From positions 10,542,001 to 10,606,000 of the forward strand of contig NC_086109.1 in the NCBI RefSeq assembly GCF_963921235.1: a stretch of DNA of 64,000 nt, read 5' to 3'. This document shows, piece by piece, positions 1 to 12,300 of this stretch. The DNA comes from Mobula hypostoma (taxonomy: Eukaryota). The notes below the pieces were generated by a model. The model saw only the letters and a program-made list of their open reading frames with translations. It did not search any database and was not told the DNA's origin. Position 1 is the stretch's first letter; each line of letters starts with the position of its first letter. Both the position numbers and the translations under genes were made by a program.

Positions 1-1070
1 GCGAACGTGACGCGCTACCAGAGCAACTCACAGCTATAGGGATGAGCTCGCAGTCCAAGACGGCTTAATCTTCAAAGGTGAGCATGTCATCATACCGCAA
101 AGTGAGCGAAAGCAAATGAAGGAAAGAATTCATTCATCACATTTGGGCGTAGAAGGCTGCCTCAGACGCGCATGCGAATGTCTTTTTTTTGGCCAGGCGT
201 GAGCAGCGACATTATGCAATATATTGCTACATGTGATGTTTGTCGCACATACGAAATGAGTCAGCAGAAAGAATCGCTTATGAGTCATGAGGTACCTGCT
301 TGGCCATGGGAAAAGATAGGTACCGACCTGTTTACATTTGAAGGAAAAGAGTATCTTGCACCGTTGATTACTACTTCGAGGTAGATCTTCTTTGTGATAC
401 GACCAGCGCAGCCATTATTCGCAAATTGAAGGCCCATTTTGCGAGATATGGTAGCCCAACACAAGTGGTTAGTGAGAATGGGCCACAATACATGTCAGCG
501 GAGTTTCACAGATTTGCACGAGAATGGGATTTTGAGCACTTGTGTAGCAGCCCCAGAAATAGCAGAGCGAATGGAAAAGCTGAATCAGCAGTTTAAACAG
601 CTAAGCGGATCCTCACAAAGAGCAACAAATCGCGAGCAGATCCCTACCTCGCACTCCTAGACCATGCAACGCACCTTTGCAAGGGCGCAGCACAAGTCCT
701 GCCCAGCGTTTGATGAATGGCCACACACGCATGCTCCTGCCTACAACAGTGGGTTCTGGAACCCAGAGCTGTACGCGAACACAAGCATATGAAACCGTCC
801 AGCAGCAGGCCGACAATTACAGCAAATCAGCCAAAGATCTTGCCCCACTCGATGAAGGGGATACTGTGCGCATGCAACCGCTATTGCAAGGTAAAAAGAA
901 TTGGGAGAAAGCAATTGTGTGTCGGCCTCCTTGATGAGCGTTCGTATGTAGTTCAAACCCCTTCAGGGATCTACCGACATAATTGTACACATCTATGAAA
1001 GACGGCTGAGGAACCGCCTGAAAAGCTAATCACATATGAACAGGCAAAACCAGGTCAAACAACTAAGATC

Positions 1071-1889
1071 AATGACCACAGTGTGCCTACCACATCAAAT
1101 GCACACAGCCAAACACTAGCAGAGGCTAATGACAATGACAACAGTGTGCCTACCGCATTAAATATACACAGCCAAACACTAGCAGAGGCTAATGACAATG
1201 ACAACAGTGTGCCTACCGCATTAAATATACACAGCCAAACACTGGCAGAGGCTAATGACAATGACTACAGTGTACCTACCGCATTAAATATACACAGCCA
1301 AACACTAGCAGAGGCTAATGACAATGACTACAGTGTGCCTACCGCATTAAATGCACACAGCCAAACACTGGCAGAGGCTAATGACAATGACAACAGTGTG
1401 CCTACCACATCAAATGCACACAGCCAAACACTGGCAGAGGCTAATGACAATGACCACAGTGTGCCTACCACATCAAATGCACACAGCCAAACACTGGCAG
1501 AGGCTAATGACAATGACAACAGTGTGCCTACCGCATTAAATATACACAGCCAAACACTGGCAGAGGCTAATGACAATGACAACAGTGTGCCTACCGCATT
1601 AAATATACACAGCCAAACACTGGCAGAGGCTAATGACAATGACAACAGTGTGCCTACCACATCAAATGCACACAGCCAAACACTGGCAGAGGCTAATGAC
1701 AATGACAACAGTGTGCCTACCGCATTAAATATACACAGCCAAACACTGGCAGAGGCTAATGACAATGACTACAGTGTGCCTACCGCATTAAATGCACACA
1801 GCCAAACACTAGCAGAGGCTAATGACAATGACTACAGTGTGCCTACCTTATTAAATGCACACAACCAAACACTAGCAGAGGCTAATGAC
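1071..1889 (+). repeat. 63-bp tandem repeat, 13 units, encoding 21-aa units (consensus ND[N/Y/H]SVPT[AL/TS]N[I/A]HSQTLAEAND) in the Gypsy pol C-terminus
   Basis: Units are directly visible; 819 bp = 13 x 63; frame is open (ORF 1083-2021). Confidence 0.97.
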
Positions 1890-2043
1890 ACAATGCAAAC
1901 ACTAACACAAACGTTGAAACACGCAAATAACAAACAACAGGACTTGGACAAAACAGTAAAAACTCGTTCTGGCCGCACAGTGAAAAGGCCACAATATCTA
2001 GAAGACTTTGTCCCACATTGAGTAATGGCATGAACAATGAATC

Positions 2044-2660
2044 GGTGGGAGGAGAAGATGGCAGTGCGCCGTGCATGCGCAGCTCTCCGGTGAAAAATGA
2101 TATCGTATCTGTTAAGTAGGGGCCGTGGATAATTCTGATTTGATGGAGAGTGGACGTGAAAGCACAGAGGAACATCTGGAGAAATTTCTGAAACACCCGT
2201 CCGCTGCTGTCGTTACTGCATGGTCGGGAATCTTTTGGAGGATAGGCCTCAAAATCCCCGGCCTTGCCTGCTTTCGGCGACCGAGAAGGAGGTGGAATCG
2301 TTCGGCAGAGACTCGGTGTCGGAGAGCTGATCAGAGCTCGACATTTTCGGATGACTCAGAGTCAGATTGTGGTCGGCATGGCAGGGAGAGTTTTTCTTTT
2401 TTCTCCCGTCTGCGTGAGATGTGGGACATTTGAGAAACTTTGAACTTTACTGTGCTCACGGACTTTCTTCATCAAGTTATGGTATTGTTACACTGTTTGT
2501 AACTATATGTATAATTAATGTGGTTTTGTCAGTTTTTTCAGTCTTGGTCTATCCTGCGTTTTGTGATATCACACCGGAGGAAATAATGTATCACTTCTTA
2601 ATGCATGCGTTACTAAATGACAATAAAAGGGGACTACGTGTCTTCATAATCTAAAAAAAC
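2044..2660 (+). mobile_element. Non-autonomous retroelement, family X copy 1, inserted in the Gypsy 3'UTR
   Basis: Starts ggaggagaagatggc and ends gacaataaa..gtgtcttcataatct. Colinear with copies at 16594, 54433 and 57377. Imperfect flanking duplication aacaatgaatc/aacaataagtc. Confidence 0.85.
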
Positions 2661-2970
2661 AATAAGTCTGTGACACTATTTGGCGTTTTAATGTCGTGTT
2701 TATACTCAAAGAAGGACCATGTCCTGTTTGAGGTTGTGTAGTTTGAAGTTAAAGTCGAATTTTAGTATATTTTATATTTTGTATATATGCTCATACAAAT
2801 GGAAATAATGAGTGGTATGTATTTGTGACAGGCATAAGAGACATAAGGCACGATTAATGAATCCTTTGAAAGTTAATTCCATGAAAATACACTAGAAAAC
2901 AGACTACAGAGAAATTGAGTTTAATTGTTAATACAATTGTTCCTTTTCTTTGTTTTGATAAAAAGGGGGA

Positions 2971-3064
2971 TGTTATGGTATACTTGTACATGCACTCATG
3001 AGCAGATGATTAAAGTTGGTGCGCATGCGTCATTGTTTTTATCTGAAATATCTGTCTCGGAACA
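2971..3064 (+). repeat. Putative short (about 94 bp) 3' LTR of the Gypsy element
   Basis: TGTT...AACA termini, preceded by the PPT, internal ATTAAA. CR1 sequence resumes right after it. The 5' LTR is not in the window. Confidence 0.6.
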
Positions 3065-3745
3065 CAGAGCTTTATAAAGTCTCAACATTACATCCTTGTT
3101 TTAATATTCCAGGCCTCTTGAAATGAATGCTAACATCACATTTGCCTACCTCAATCTGGAAATTAACCTTTAGAGAATCCTGCGCAAGCACTCCCAAGTC
3201 TTTTGCACCTCGTATTTTGAATTTTCTCTCCATTTATAAAATAGTCGTCCTTTTAATTTCTTCTACCAAAGTACATGACTATACACTTCCCAACACTGTA
3301 TTCCATCTGATACTTTGCCCGTTTACCTAATCTGTATGTCCTTCTGTAGCCTCTCTACTTCCTCAAAACTGCCTGCTCTTCCACCTATCTTTATATCGTC
3401 TGCAAATTTGTAACAAAGCCATCAATTCCATTATCCATATCATTGACATATGACGTAAAAAGAATTGGTCCCAACACAGGTGCCTGTGGAACACAACTGG
3501 TTACCAACAGCCAGCCAGACAAGGTTTCCTTTATTCCCATTCTTTTCCTTCTGCAAATCAGCTCATAGCTTACTTAGCAGCCTTATGTGTGGCACCTTGT
3601 CAAAGGCCTTCTGGAAATCCAAGTACACAACATCAACCAGTTCTTCTTTGTCTATCCTGCTTGTTATTGTTATTTCTTCAAAGAATTCCAGTAGATTTGT
3701 CAGGCAAGATTTTCCTTGAGGAAACCATGGTGACAACAGCCTATG
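3065..3745 (-). mobile_element. CR1-type LINE RT fragment
   Basis: Minus-strand translation GKSCLTNLLEFFEEIT..VDVVYLDFQKAFDKVPH.RLL, typical of CR1 ORF2. Confidence 0.88.
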
Positions 3746-3765
3746 CCTCCAAGTACCCTGAAACC

Positions 3766-4350
3766 ATTGTTGTTGGCATCCATCTGTCTTGAAGGACAAT
3801 GGGAAATGTTCATCATCACAAGCCTAGGCAGAAAGTATGGAGATCCTGAGGTGCTCAGTCGTCAAGATCTCCCTCTCAGCCTCACCAGTGTAGTCCAAAG
3901 GAAAGCTTATGAAGCAATATGTTTGGTACCAGCTTGGCTGCAGGAGCTGTTGGAAGGATGTAAGAATATTCAATGATGTCCAGCTGCTTTAGGGACTCCA
4001 CTCTGGATTTTCTGTCTGGGTTTATTCTCATAGCCTTTGCCTCTCCCGAGGCTGCTCATAAGCCAGTGGGGCTTTTACCCATAACTGGGGATCTGGTCCA
4101 CAAGCACCAGGGCATGTCTACATGCAGGTGGGCCTGCGTGTTGTGTGTGCAGGGGCCAGACCTTCTCCCCATCCTCTGTAGTTCAGCCTGTGACCGAAAG
4201 GAGTTCAATTTCCATGTGTCACCAGCGAGGAGGCACTACATGAGACTTGCTGTTGGAGAGGCCATGTACTGGCAGAGAGAGACTTGCACATTCAGCTCTC
4301 CTTTTTGCAAGACTGCTAGCCAGCAGTGGAAGCTGAAAGTGAGAGCGACA
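3766..4350 (-). mobile_element. RTE-type bipartite non-autonomous element (5'UTR-like body plus RTE-like 3' tail)
   Basis: Tail on the minus strand reads ccattgtc..gacagatggatgcc(aac)n. Shares body blocks (ttggtaccag.., ttagggactcca..ggtttattctcatagccttt) with 62821-63300. Confidence 0.55.
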
Positions 4351-4496
4351 AACACTACCCACTACACTGCCACACAAGATGCATCACAACAACCATTTTG
4401 ACACCCTGAAACCACTTCCTTAACAATTGACTCCCAAAATCTTCCTCGCCACTTGGGTCAGACGAACTGGCCTATATTGTCTTTATTGAACACATA

Positions 4497-5673
4497 TTTA
4501 AATCGTTCACAGTCCAGGCTGGAAGAAGCATGTGAACCTTTGTATTTAATAACTGGTAGAATGTCCTTTAGCAGCAATAACCTCTACCAAATGTTTTCTG
4601 TAGCTGCTGATCAGACTTGCACAACAGCAAGGAGGAATTTTAGACCATTCCTTCATATAAAACTGTTTCAGTTCATCAATATTTATGGATGCCTTGCATC
4701 AACAGCCCTCTTCAGGTCATGCCACAGCATCTCAATTGTGTTAAGATCTGGACTCTGACTTGGCCATTCCAAAACATGAATCTTCTTCTTTTTAAACTAT
4801 TCTGTTAATTAATTTACTCTTGTGTTTCAGATCATTGTCTTATTGCATCATACAACTTCTATTAAGCTTCAGGTGCCAGACCACTGCCCTGACCTTCATG
4901 ATACAATTTTTGAATTCATTGTTCCCTCAACGATTGCAAGCTGTACAGGTCCTCGAGCAGCAGAGCAGCCCCAAACCACAATGCTTCACAGTTGGGATGA
5001 GGTTTTGGTGTTGGTGTGCAGTACCCTTTTTCCTCCAAATGTACTGGCATGCATTTCTGCAAAAAAAGTTCAACTTCTGTCTCATTTGTCCACCAAACAT
5101 TGTTCCAGAAGCGTTATGGAACATCCAGGTGGTCTTTTGCTAACTTGAGACATGCAGCAGTATTTTTTTGAGAGCAGTGGTTTCCTCAGTGATGTCCTTC
5201 CATGAACACTATTTGTATAGTGGACACATGAACTGAGACTTTAGCAAGCTCTAGAGATTTCCTCAGGACTTTTGCTGTTACCCTTGGGTTCTTTTTCACC
5301 TCCTTCAGTATTGCATTTTGTGGCCTTGGTGTGATCTTTGCAAGACTCCTAGGATGAATTTTCTCCATTTTTAGACTTTTTTCTTACTGTGAACTAATGA
5401 ACACTCAGGTCTTTAGAATGCTTTTGTAGCCTTTTCCAGCATACTTCTGCACATTTCTTCTAAGGTTCTCTGAAAGTTGTTTTGATCTTGAGGAGAGCAG
5501 GCTCTGTCAGTAACTTGACATTGTGTATCATTTATATACGGTAGGACACCTCTACAACCCACACCTCCAATCTCATCTCATTGATTGGAAAACCTGACTC
5601 CAAATAGCTTTTGTAGAAGGCATTACCCCAGAGGTTGACATACTTCTTTGAACCTAGACTGTGAATGTTTAAA
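4497..5673 (-). mobile_element. Tc1/mariner DNA transposon remnant
   Basis: Minus-strand [34 protein letters not shown] and LIPTVKHCG motifs. Inverted repeats at about 4497-4542 and 5629-5673. Confidence 0.9.
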
Positions 5674-6380
5674 TGGCGTGTCCAGGGGAAACCCATGTGG
5701 TCACGGGGAGAGCATACCTGACCTCGGGAAATCGAACCCTTATTGGTGATCTCTGGTACTGTGGACCAATTGTGTGCTTTTTGTGATATAGACAAAGATG
5801 TAAGTGAGCTGATTTGCAAGCTTGCAGATAACACAATACTTGGTGGAATTATGAATTGAGGAAGGTTGTCAAAGGATTCATTCATAGACTAGTTGGCAGA
5901 TAGTTTAACTTGGACAAGTGATAAGTGTGGGGTGTTGCACTTTCTGGGGCAGGGGAGTGGGAGGGGTCAAATGTAAGAAAAATTTACAGTAAATGACAAT
6001 CTTTGGGAGCACTGATATACATACTGATTAAGTTCATGATGAGGTGTGGTTTTCAGGGTACCTTTCTTTGGGGTACATTAATGACCTGGCTGTGAACTTT
6101 TCAGATCAATAAAACCACTAAATGTGTTGAATTCAGTTTTGTGGCCTCTTATGATGGCTTTTGAATTTGCAATCTGGAATTCTTGTCCAAAACCACAATT
6201 GTTCCGCCACCTTGTAATGAGGAATGTCTCGTGTTGGTGTTCATCATAGGCCTTTCCTTGCAGTTTAGGAATTTACAAACTTTTAATGGAAAATACAGCA
6301 CCAAAAAATCAGTATGGTATTTGGTCAATTAAAAAAACTGATTATATGACTGAAATTCACAATTATACATGTTATTATAG

Positions 6381-6536
6381 AAGGGGATTCTGGAAGTGAT
6401 GCAGACTTCTACGTGGAGGAGGATGATGATAGTGACTATGAGAGTTCTTTGAAGAAAAGCAAAAAGGGAAGGAAAACTAAAACAGTGCCTGAGAAAAAGG
6501 AAAAGAAGACACCTAAACCCAGGCTCAGCGCTACAG
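6381..6536 (+). CDS. NUCKS1: NUCKS1 penultimate coding exon (156 nt, phase 1/1)
   Basis: [51 protein letters not shown] matches the vertebrate NUCKS1 motif DSGSDEDF..DDDSDY..KEKK.PKPRL.AT. Acceptor ttatag|, donor |gtaagc. Confidence 0.93.
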
Positions 6537-9107
6537 GTAAGCTGTTAATGGAAAAATTAAATCCATGGGCTGTCTCGAGTTTTTTTAATTCTATGGTAAA
6601 GACAAAGGTATGGTTGTGTAGTTCAGGATCAGTGAGTATAAAAGTGAAGGTGAGGTACTTGGTTGATTCAAATAGGCTCAAATAAGGAAGCTGGATTGGA
6701 AGAGTGAAGCCAGTGAGTTTTCATTCTACAGGAATATGTTGGTGTACCTGGGGTCTGAGCAAAAGTTCAGAAGAATGTCTGTCTCACAACTGTATCAATA
6801 GAATTGTTCAGCAATCAAGGAATGAAGAAAAGAGAATTTAGCCTTTACATCATGTTGTTTTGGGCTATTGGCACTTGCGAACAGGTGTAGTACCTCCTGA
6901 TTTAAAAGTCCTTGCATCCATACAAGCTTCCGAAAGGATTTTTTTCTTGTGCATTTGCAGAACTCTTGTGTTCGCTCTTAAACTTTGAAGGGAGTGGAAA
7001 AGATTAGTATACTTCTGTTAGATTATGATGTTGAATGGCAATGAAGATGCAAAGAACAGCAGGGCCTACTCATTCACTTAAAAAAAACTCATCCTTTGCT
7101 CCTCTTCCCTCCACATGAGGTTAAATGGTAAGAAAGATCATCAGTTAATCTACAAAATTGAATTTAGTGAAGGAGAAGAATTGAGACAATTTTTTCATCA
7201 TACAGATCGGCGCTCAAACTACTTGAATACTGAATTACAAATTCATATCATGGTGTCAACATGTAACAAGCAAGAAGCCCTTTTCAGTTTGTCGAATAGA
7301 TTAAGATTTGGGAAAATCTCTATATAAACTAGTACTGAAATCTCTACAGCAATTTTCTCATAAACTGGGCAGCAGTCTTTAAGTTTTCCCATGTAATTCC
7401 ATGCCACCAGTGTGGTCGATAATGAACTGTTCAGTTCAGGGCAGTGTGAAGTGCGCAACAATTGCAACATGGTCATGTCAGTAATTGCACTAAAACCCTC
7501 TGGGCATGCAGCGCTGTTCCTTCTAAGCTGCACTGGGAGCCAGTGAGATTGCATCCACTGTTGATCTATTATGGTGATAGGCAAATTGCAGTTTATCCAG
7601 GTCCTTGCTTAGGCAGCATTTGATTCTGGCCATGACTTGGGTCTACCATATTTTAGGTATCACTGCCGTTATTATCTTAGAACATGTAGAAGAGCCAGGA
7701 CCCCAAATTTGAGCCACCGGTATCATCTGGGGGTAATAATTCTTATAGTGAATTTTGGCAAGGTATACGCCCCTAGTGCTAGAAAATATGTGATAGCATT
7801 GCAGCGATGGTAGCTTTCTGTGATCCTATGATAAGATGAATTATGCCAGGTACCTGTCCCCTACTTTGCTCAGATGATGAACCTCCCAGAGAAGAATCCT
7901 TCTGTGTTTGAAGCCTTCAAAACAGACCAATTCTCAGTGCAGCTGCCAAGTAACAACCCCTTTGGGCAATTTGTCAGATAGTGTACTCTTTCCACCACCC
8001 ACACTGGATGGCTGTGGCTTCTGTGCACAGTTGGGTTATGTCAGAAGAATCCCAGATGCTCCTCCACTTTGAGCTGTAATACTCATACAGCATGGAAACC
8101 AGCGCTTCAGCACACTGTGTCTGTGCCAGCCATGAAATACCTATCTATACCAATTCAATATCCCAGCAGTGTCATGAGTTTTCAGCTAGTCATTTAATTC
8201 TTCTTAAATGTTAATGAGAGTTGGCAAAGTTTAATTGTAAATTGAGTTGGCTGTTTGGGATTTGAGTGGAAGCCTTGCAAGTTCACAATGTTTGGGGAAG
8301 TTTTCTACCATTCTTCACAGTTGTAGCCAGAGAAACGTGTTGACCTGAGCTTTTATGTTCCAAGCTTACCATGTTGTCTTCTACACCTATAATATTTGTC
8401 ATAATACTTGATGCATTAAAAAATTGCGAATATTTTGTATTTAAATTGAGTGCATTTCTGCCTTCAAGTTTAAGCCTTCCTCTTCCAACAGTTCTCGTGT
8501 GTGTGTGTATCTTTCTTATTTCTTTAGCTTATATGTTGAAATATGAAGCCCTTCATAAGAAATTTAGTGTCACTTTTTCCTTCCCATAATTTCTGTCATT
8601 AAATGATTACTCAGCGTTTACATTTCTAGTTTGTCACCAAGTACACAAGGTTTAATGAAAACTTTTGGGATCTCTGTGCTTAGTAATTTGTTAGTTAGGA
8701 ACATACTGGTTACTTTTATTTATTTAATGTGCATTATATTTCCAGTATTACCATCATTTAACATTTTGCTTATATATTTCATTTGACTTTTAACCCCGAT
8801 TAAAAGTTAAATGCCTTCATTTTAACCTTTTGTTTAACAAACAAGCCAGGTGTCTTGTTGGGCATATAGTAGTGTTGATTAATAAGACTGCAAGAACTTC
8901 TTTGTAGTTTTTACTCTGTCATATCTCCTAGGTAAACATGAATTTAACAGACCAATTTTTATTTTCCTGCCGAATAGCCAAGCATTTAATTACTTGTATC
9001 AGAAATCTGTTAATCTTAAGTTGTTTCGAATCACTTTAAAATAAGTGATTTGTGTCACATTACTGAATATTTTTAATTACTGATTTGTGTGTCTTTCTTT
9101 TTTGAAG

Positions 9108-9343
9108 TCACCCCTGCAACTCCCAGTCCGGTAAAAGGTAAAGGGAAGGGACGGGTTGCTACCACAAAGGCATCACCACCTTCTAAGGGGCAACCACCTG
9201 AAAGTCCTGCTAAAGAATCAAAGAAAGAGAAGAGTCCTCCACCAGAAACAAATGAAGAGGAGGAGCCAGAAGATGAGGAAGAGGAGGAGGAGGAGGAAGA
9301 AGAGGAGGAGGAAGAGGAGGAAGTTAATTCTGGGGATGACTGA
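9108..9343 (+). CDS. NUCKS1: NUCKS1 terminal coding exon
   Basis: Polypyrimidine tract plus aag| acceptor joins in phase (G|TC = Val), giving VTPATPSPVKGKGKGR...SPPPE..(E)n..SGDD*. Matches NUCKS1 VTPSPVKGKGK...SGED*. Confidence 0.93.
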
Positions 9344-12300
9344 ACAATACAAGGGAATATTTTTTATATAAGTAGAGTTAGAATAAATTTCACTGACAGC
9401 TTGGTTCACAAGGTTTAGACAGAGGACTTGAGTGGGTGTGTGCGTGTATTTTTTTTATGCTGTCCCATTTTGTATCTTGCGGTCATTAACAAAATCAAAT
9501 CATTTTAAATTTGGCTTGCTATTTTATAGGAGTTGCTTTGATCTTTTCAAAATAAGAATCTGCAAAGTTAGCCAAAATTGCTAGTATTTTTGGCGAAACT
9601 TTCATTTTGTAATAAGAATTTCATGTCAGGTAATAAAAAGTCTTGCCAAGCTACAAAAGTATATTAGCACAGCAGATGTACCTACATTATGTTCAGGCAA
9701 ACCTCTCGGCCTGTTTGATCCAGGAAGCTAACGTACCTTCCCAATGAGTTGTGTACAGAATAAAAGGACAAAAGGTGTGAATGTCAAAGTATAATTTATA
9801 GAACATGAAATTCATTCCACTTAGCAACAAAAATTGTTTAATTTTCTTCCCGGTGAATGAATCTATGAATGAATCATTCCTGTGGATTTCTTTGTTTGAA
9901 AGATTTGATAGCAAAGGACAAGATCAAAGGCTCCTGTAAATATATAACTCTCTCAACCTTGTAAAATTTCAATGCTGTAAATACACATAGCGAAATGAGC
10001 GACAAGTTTAAGATGCAGCTTCATTAAAAGCAGTGTAGATTTTGCTTAATGCTGACTGATTGGTCTCTCTCTCAGTATATTATCTGATGAATTTTCTAAA
10101 ATTCATCTCAAACACTTTAGACTTTTGTACCCAGTTCTTACCTCATGATTTGTATAAAATGAAAAGTATCCTCTTAAATTGGACATGTGAACCCATGTTG
10201 CATAACTAAATATAAAGTGGTGACGAATAAATAATCTTCAGTCAACTGCTATAATCCTGTTTGAAAATTGTATGTTATATTTCAAAATTCCTTTTTTTTT
10301 AAAAAGTGTAATTTGGTCTAAACTTCTGCTTTTAAAACTTACAGGGGATCGAAATGGCCAGTGTCCTGCAGTTCATATCTAACCAGTTAACAAAAAGGAA
10401 CTGCTCTATCACAAAATAGTTGTATTTTAAGATATGGCCATGCTGTTCACAGTAAATGAACAGAATGTGTGATGTAATAATCCTGTAAACCTATCACACA
10501 GTTTTCATTGCTAGTTTTATTTTAAACACTTATATTTAATCTTAAAAAAAACAAAACTGGGATAAAAGCAGTTCTGCACCACCAGAAATCACTGAGTCAT
10601 CAGGTCTGATCTTGTGAACTGAATTGTTTTTTTTTGCAGATTGAAACGTTTAAAAATGAATGTGACTGAATCCTGAAAAACTACGCGTTTGTTGTCTTTA
10701 TCAGCATTTTGTCAAAGCAGCCATATCTTTGTAAGTTACAGATTAAAAAAAACTTGTACAGCCAATTCTTAATGTTGAGATCCAATTCAAGTGGGCTTTC
10801 AATTTCTTTTGTTTTTATTTTCGCTACAGAACATTAAATGTCTGCTGATGTAAATTGGTTTCGATGCTCAGTTATTTTTTGGGGGGGGTTGGTGGGAATT
10901 AAAGGATGACGAGATAGCATTTTTAATGTAACGTTGAGAGTAGTACACTTGTAAGTTCTGGAGTAGTTTAAAAATCTTGGCTTTTGAGTTCTATTAAAAT
11001 GCCAGAGTTTTGTTTTTAAGATGTTATATCTCTGGGAAATTGCAACTGATGGTGTTTTCTGCTTCATAGTATATTGAAAATATTGTCTTCCCACATGTCC
11101 CAACCACATTCCATTTTTCCAGTTCAGATTTTTTTTACAATAAGGGACATTTCCTGTAATGGACTATGGGAAAGCAGCGGTTTTGATCATCTAACCTAAT
11201 TTTCTTAAAACAAAGACGCATTCTACTCCAGTATATCTTGCAATATTTCATTGGCTCAGTTTTTCTTAAGTTTTTAAGATGTGCATTGTGTTTGGGCAAG
11301 GACAGAATTGTATCATCTAATAAATTGAACACATCTGTACTCTTAAGGTAATGGTGATGTGTTACTTGCAGAAGAGCGCAGGTTATAAAATAGCCTGGCC
11401 AAAAGTCATTTTTATATTGTTGCCCAATATATTGAAGAATGTGATTTTGAGCTCTTTCTGGAGTACTATAATATTTTCAACTGCCAGCATCATTTGACTA
11501 GTAGTAGCCCATGTAAAGGGCATGTTGAGATTCCTGTGTTGTAAATGGAAAGTGTGTAGTTTCTATATCTTCTTGATACTGTTTTACTTCTGTTAGGGTT
11601 GATTCCTTTAGCATTATATGTGGGTATTTCACCTTGTGATGCCCAGTTTATATAATGGTGTTGATTCACTTGTATATAACAGTATTCCTTATAAGCAGCA
11701 GCGTTCATAATCCCCTGGGGTATTCTGAGAAACACTTAGTGATTTTTGCAATATACGGACAGTAGAGATTCCCATGTTGGAATACATCTGTGTTTCTTTG
11801 GGGTTTAAAAAAAAACACTTATCCAACTATAACCTTATTATATTCCTGATCTTGTCAATCTCACTTGCATGCCCGCTACTACTAATTACATCAGTCCCGG
11901 CAATATTTTTCTTGACACTGTATTGTTTTAAAGATTTAATACAGATTCAGTCTATTAATGATTCAATTTAGAATAAAGTAGATATCAGAACCATATAAAG
12001 TATGAGCTTTTAAAAAAAATTGTGAACATGCAAGTGTTTGGATGATTAACTGCTTTCTATTTCTTGAACAGTAGGGGACAAAGAAAACATGTTAAAGTTT
12101 AATTGCACTTCATGATTAGGCAATAGATTTTAGGCGTGAAGAGAATTAAGCTGTGCATTTTGTAGAAGAAGACAGCACAGGCAATTTTGACTGCTGTAAT
12201 TTTAATGTTTCTAACGCTGACACTTTGAATAGAGTTGCTATACAAAAGAGCAACGTTTAATGTTTTCTACTTGTGCTCACAAATGTGTCTGCTAGCCATT

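Larger units (their letters stand above)
1..3064 (+). mobile_element. Decayed Ty3/Gypsy LTR retrotransposon, 3' part (K02A2.6-like pol/integrase, 3'UTR, PPT, short 3' LTR); 5' part lies outside the window
   Basis: Frameshifted reading gives the integrase zinc finger HSSHLGVEGC..FWPGVSSDI..CDVC, then PWEKIGTDLF, a SENGPQY-like core, SPAQRLM and the C-terminal TRSGRTVKRPQYLEDFV* (stop at 2021). Purine tract aaaaaggggga (2960-2970) is immediately followed by TGTT. Confidence 0.9.

Noticed and set aside
1055..1765. Antisense hydrophobic repeat ORFs (SLASASVWLC...)
   Set aside because: Mirror frames of the tandem repeat, broken by stops wherever the TAC variant occurs.
1071..1889. CRISPR-like reading of the regular repeat
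   Set aside because: Units are contiguous 63-mers with no unique spacers, lie in a retrotransposon ORF, and there are no cas genes; the DNA is vertebrate.
6413..6685. 90-aa single-exon ORF
   Set aside because: NUCKS1 similarity stops at the gtaagc donor (6537); the remainder is intron read-through.
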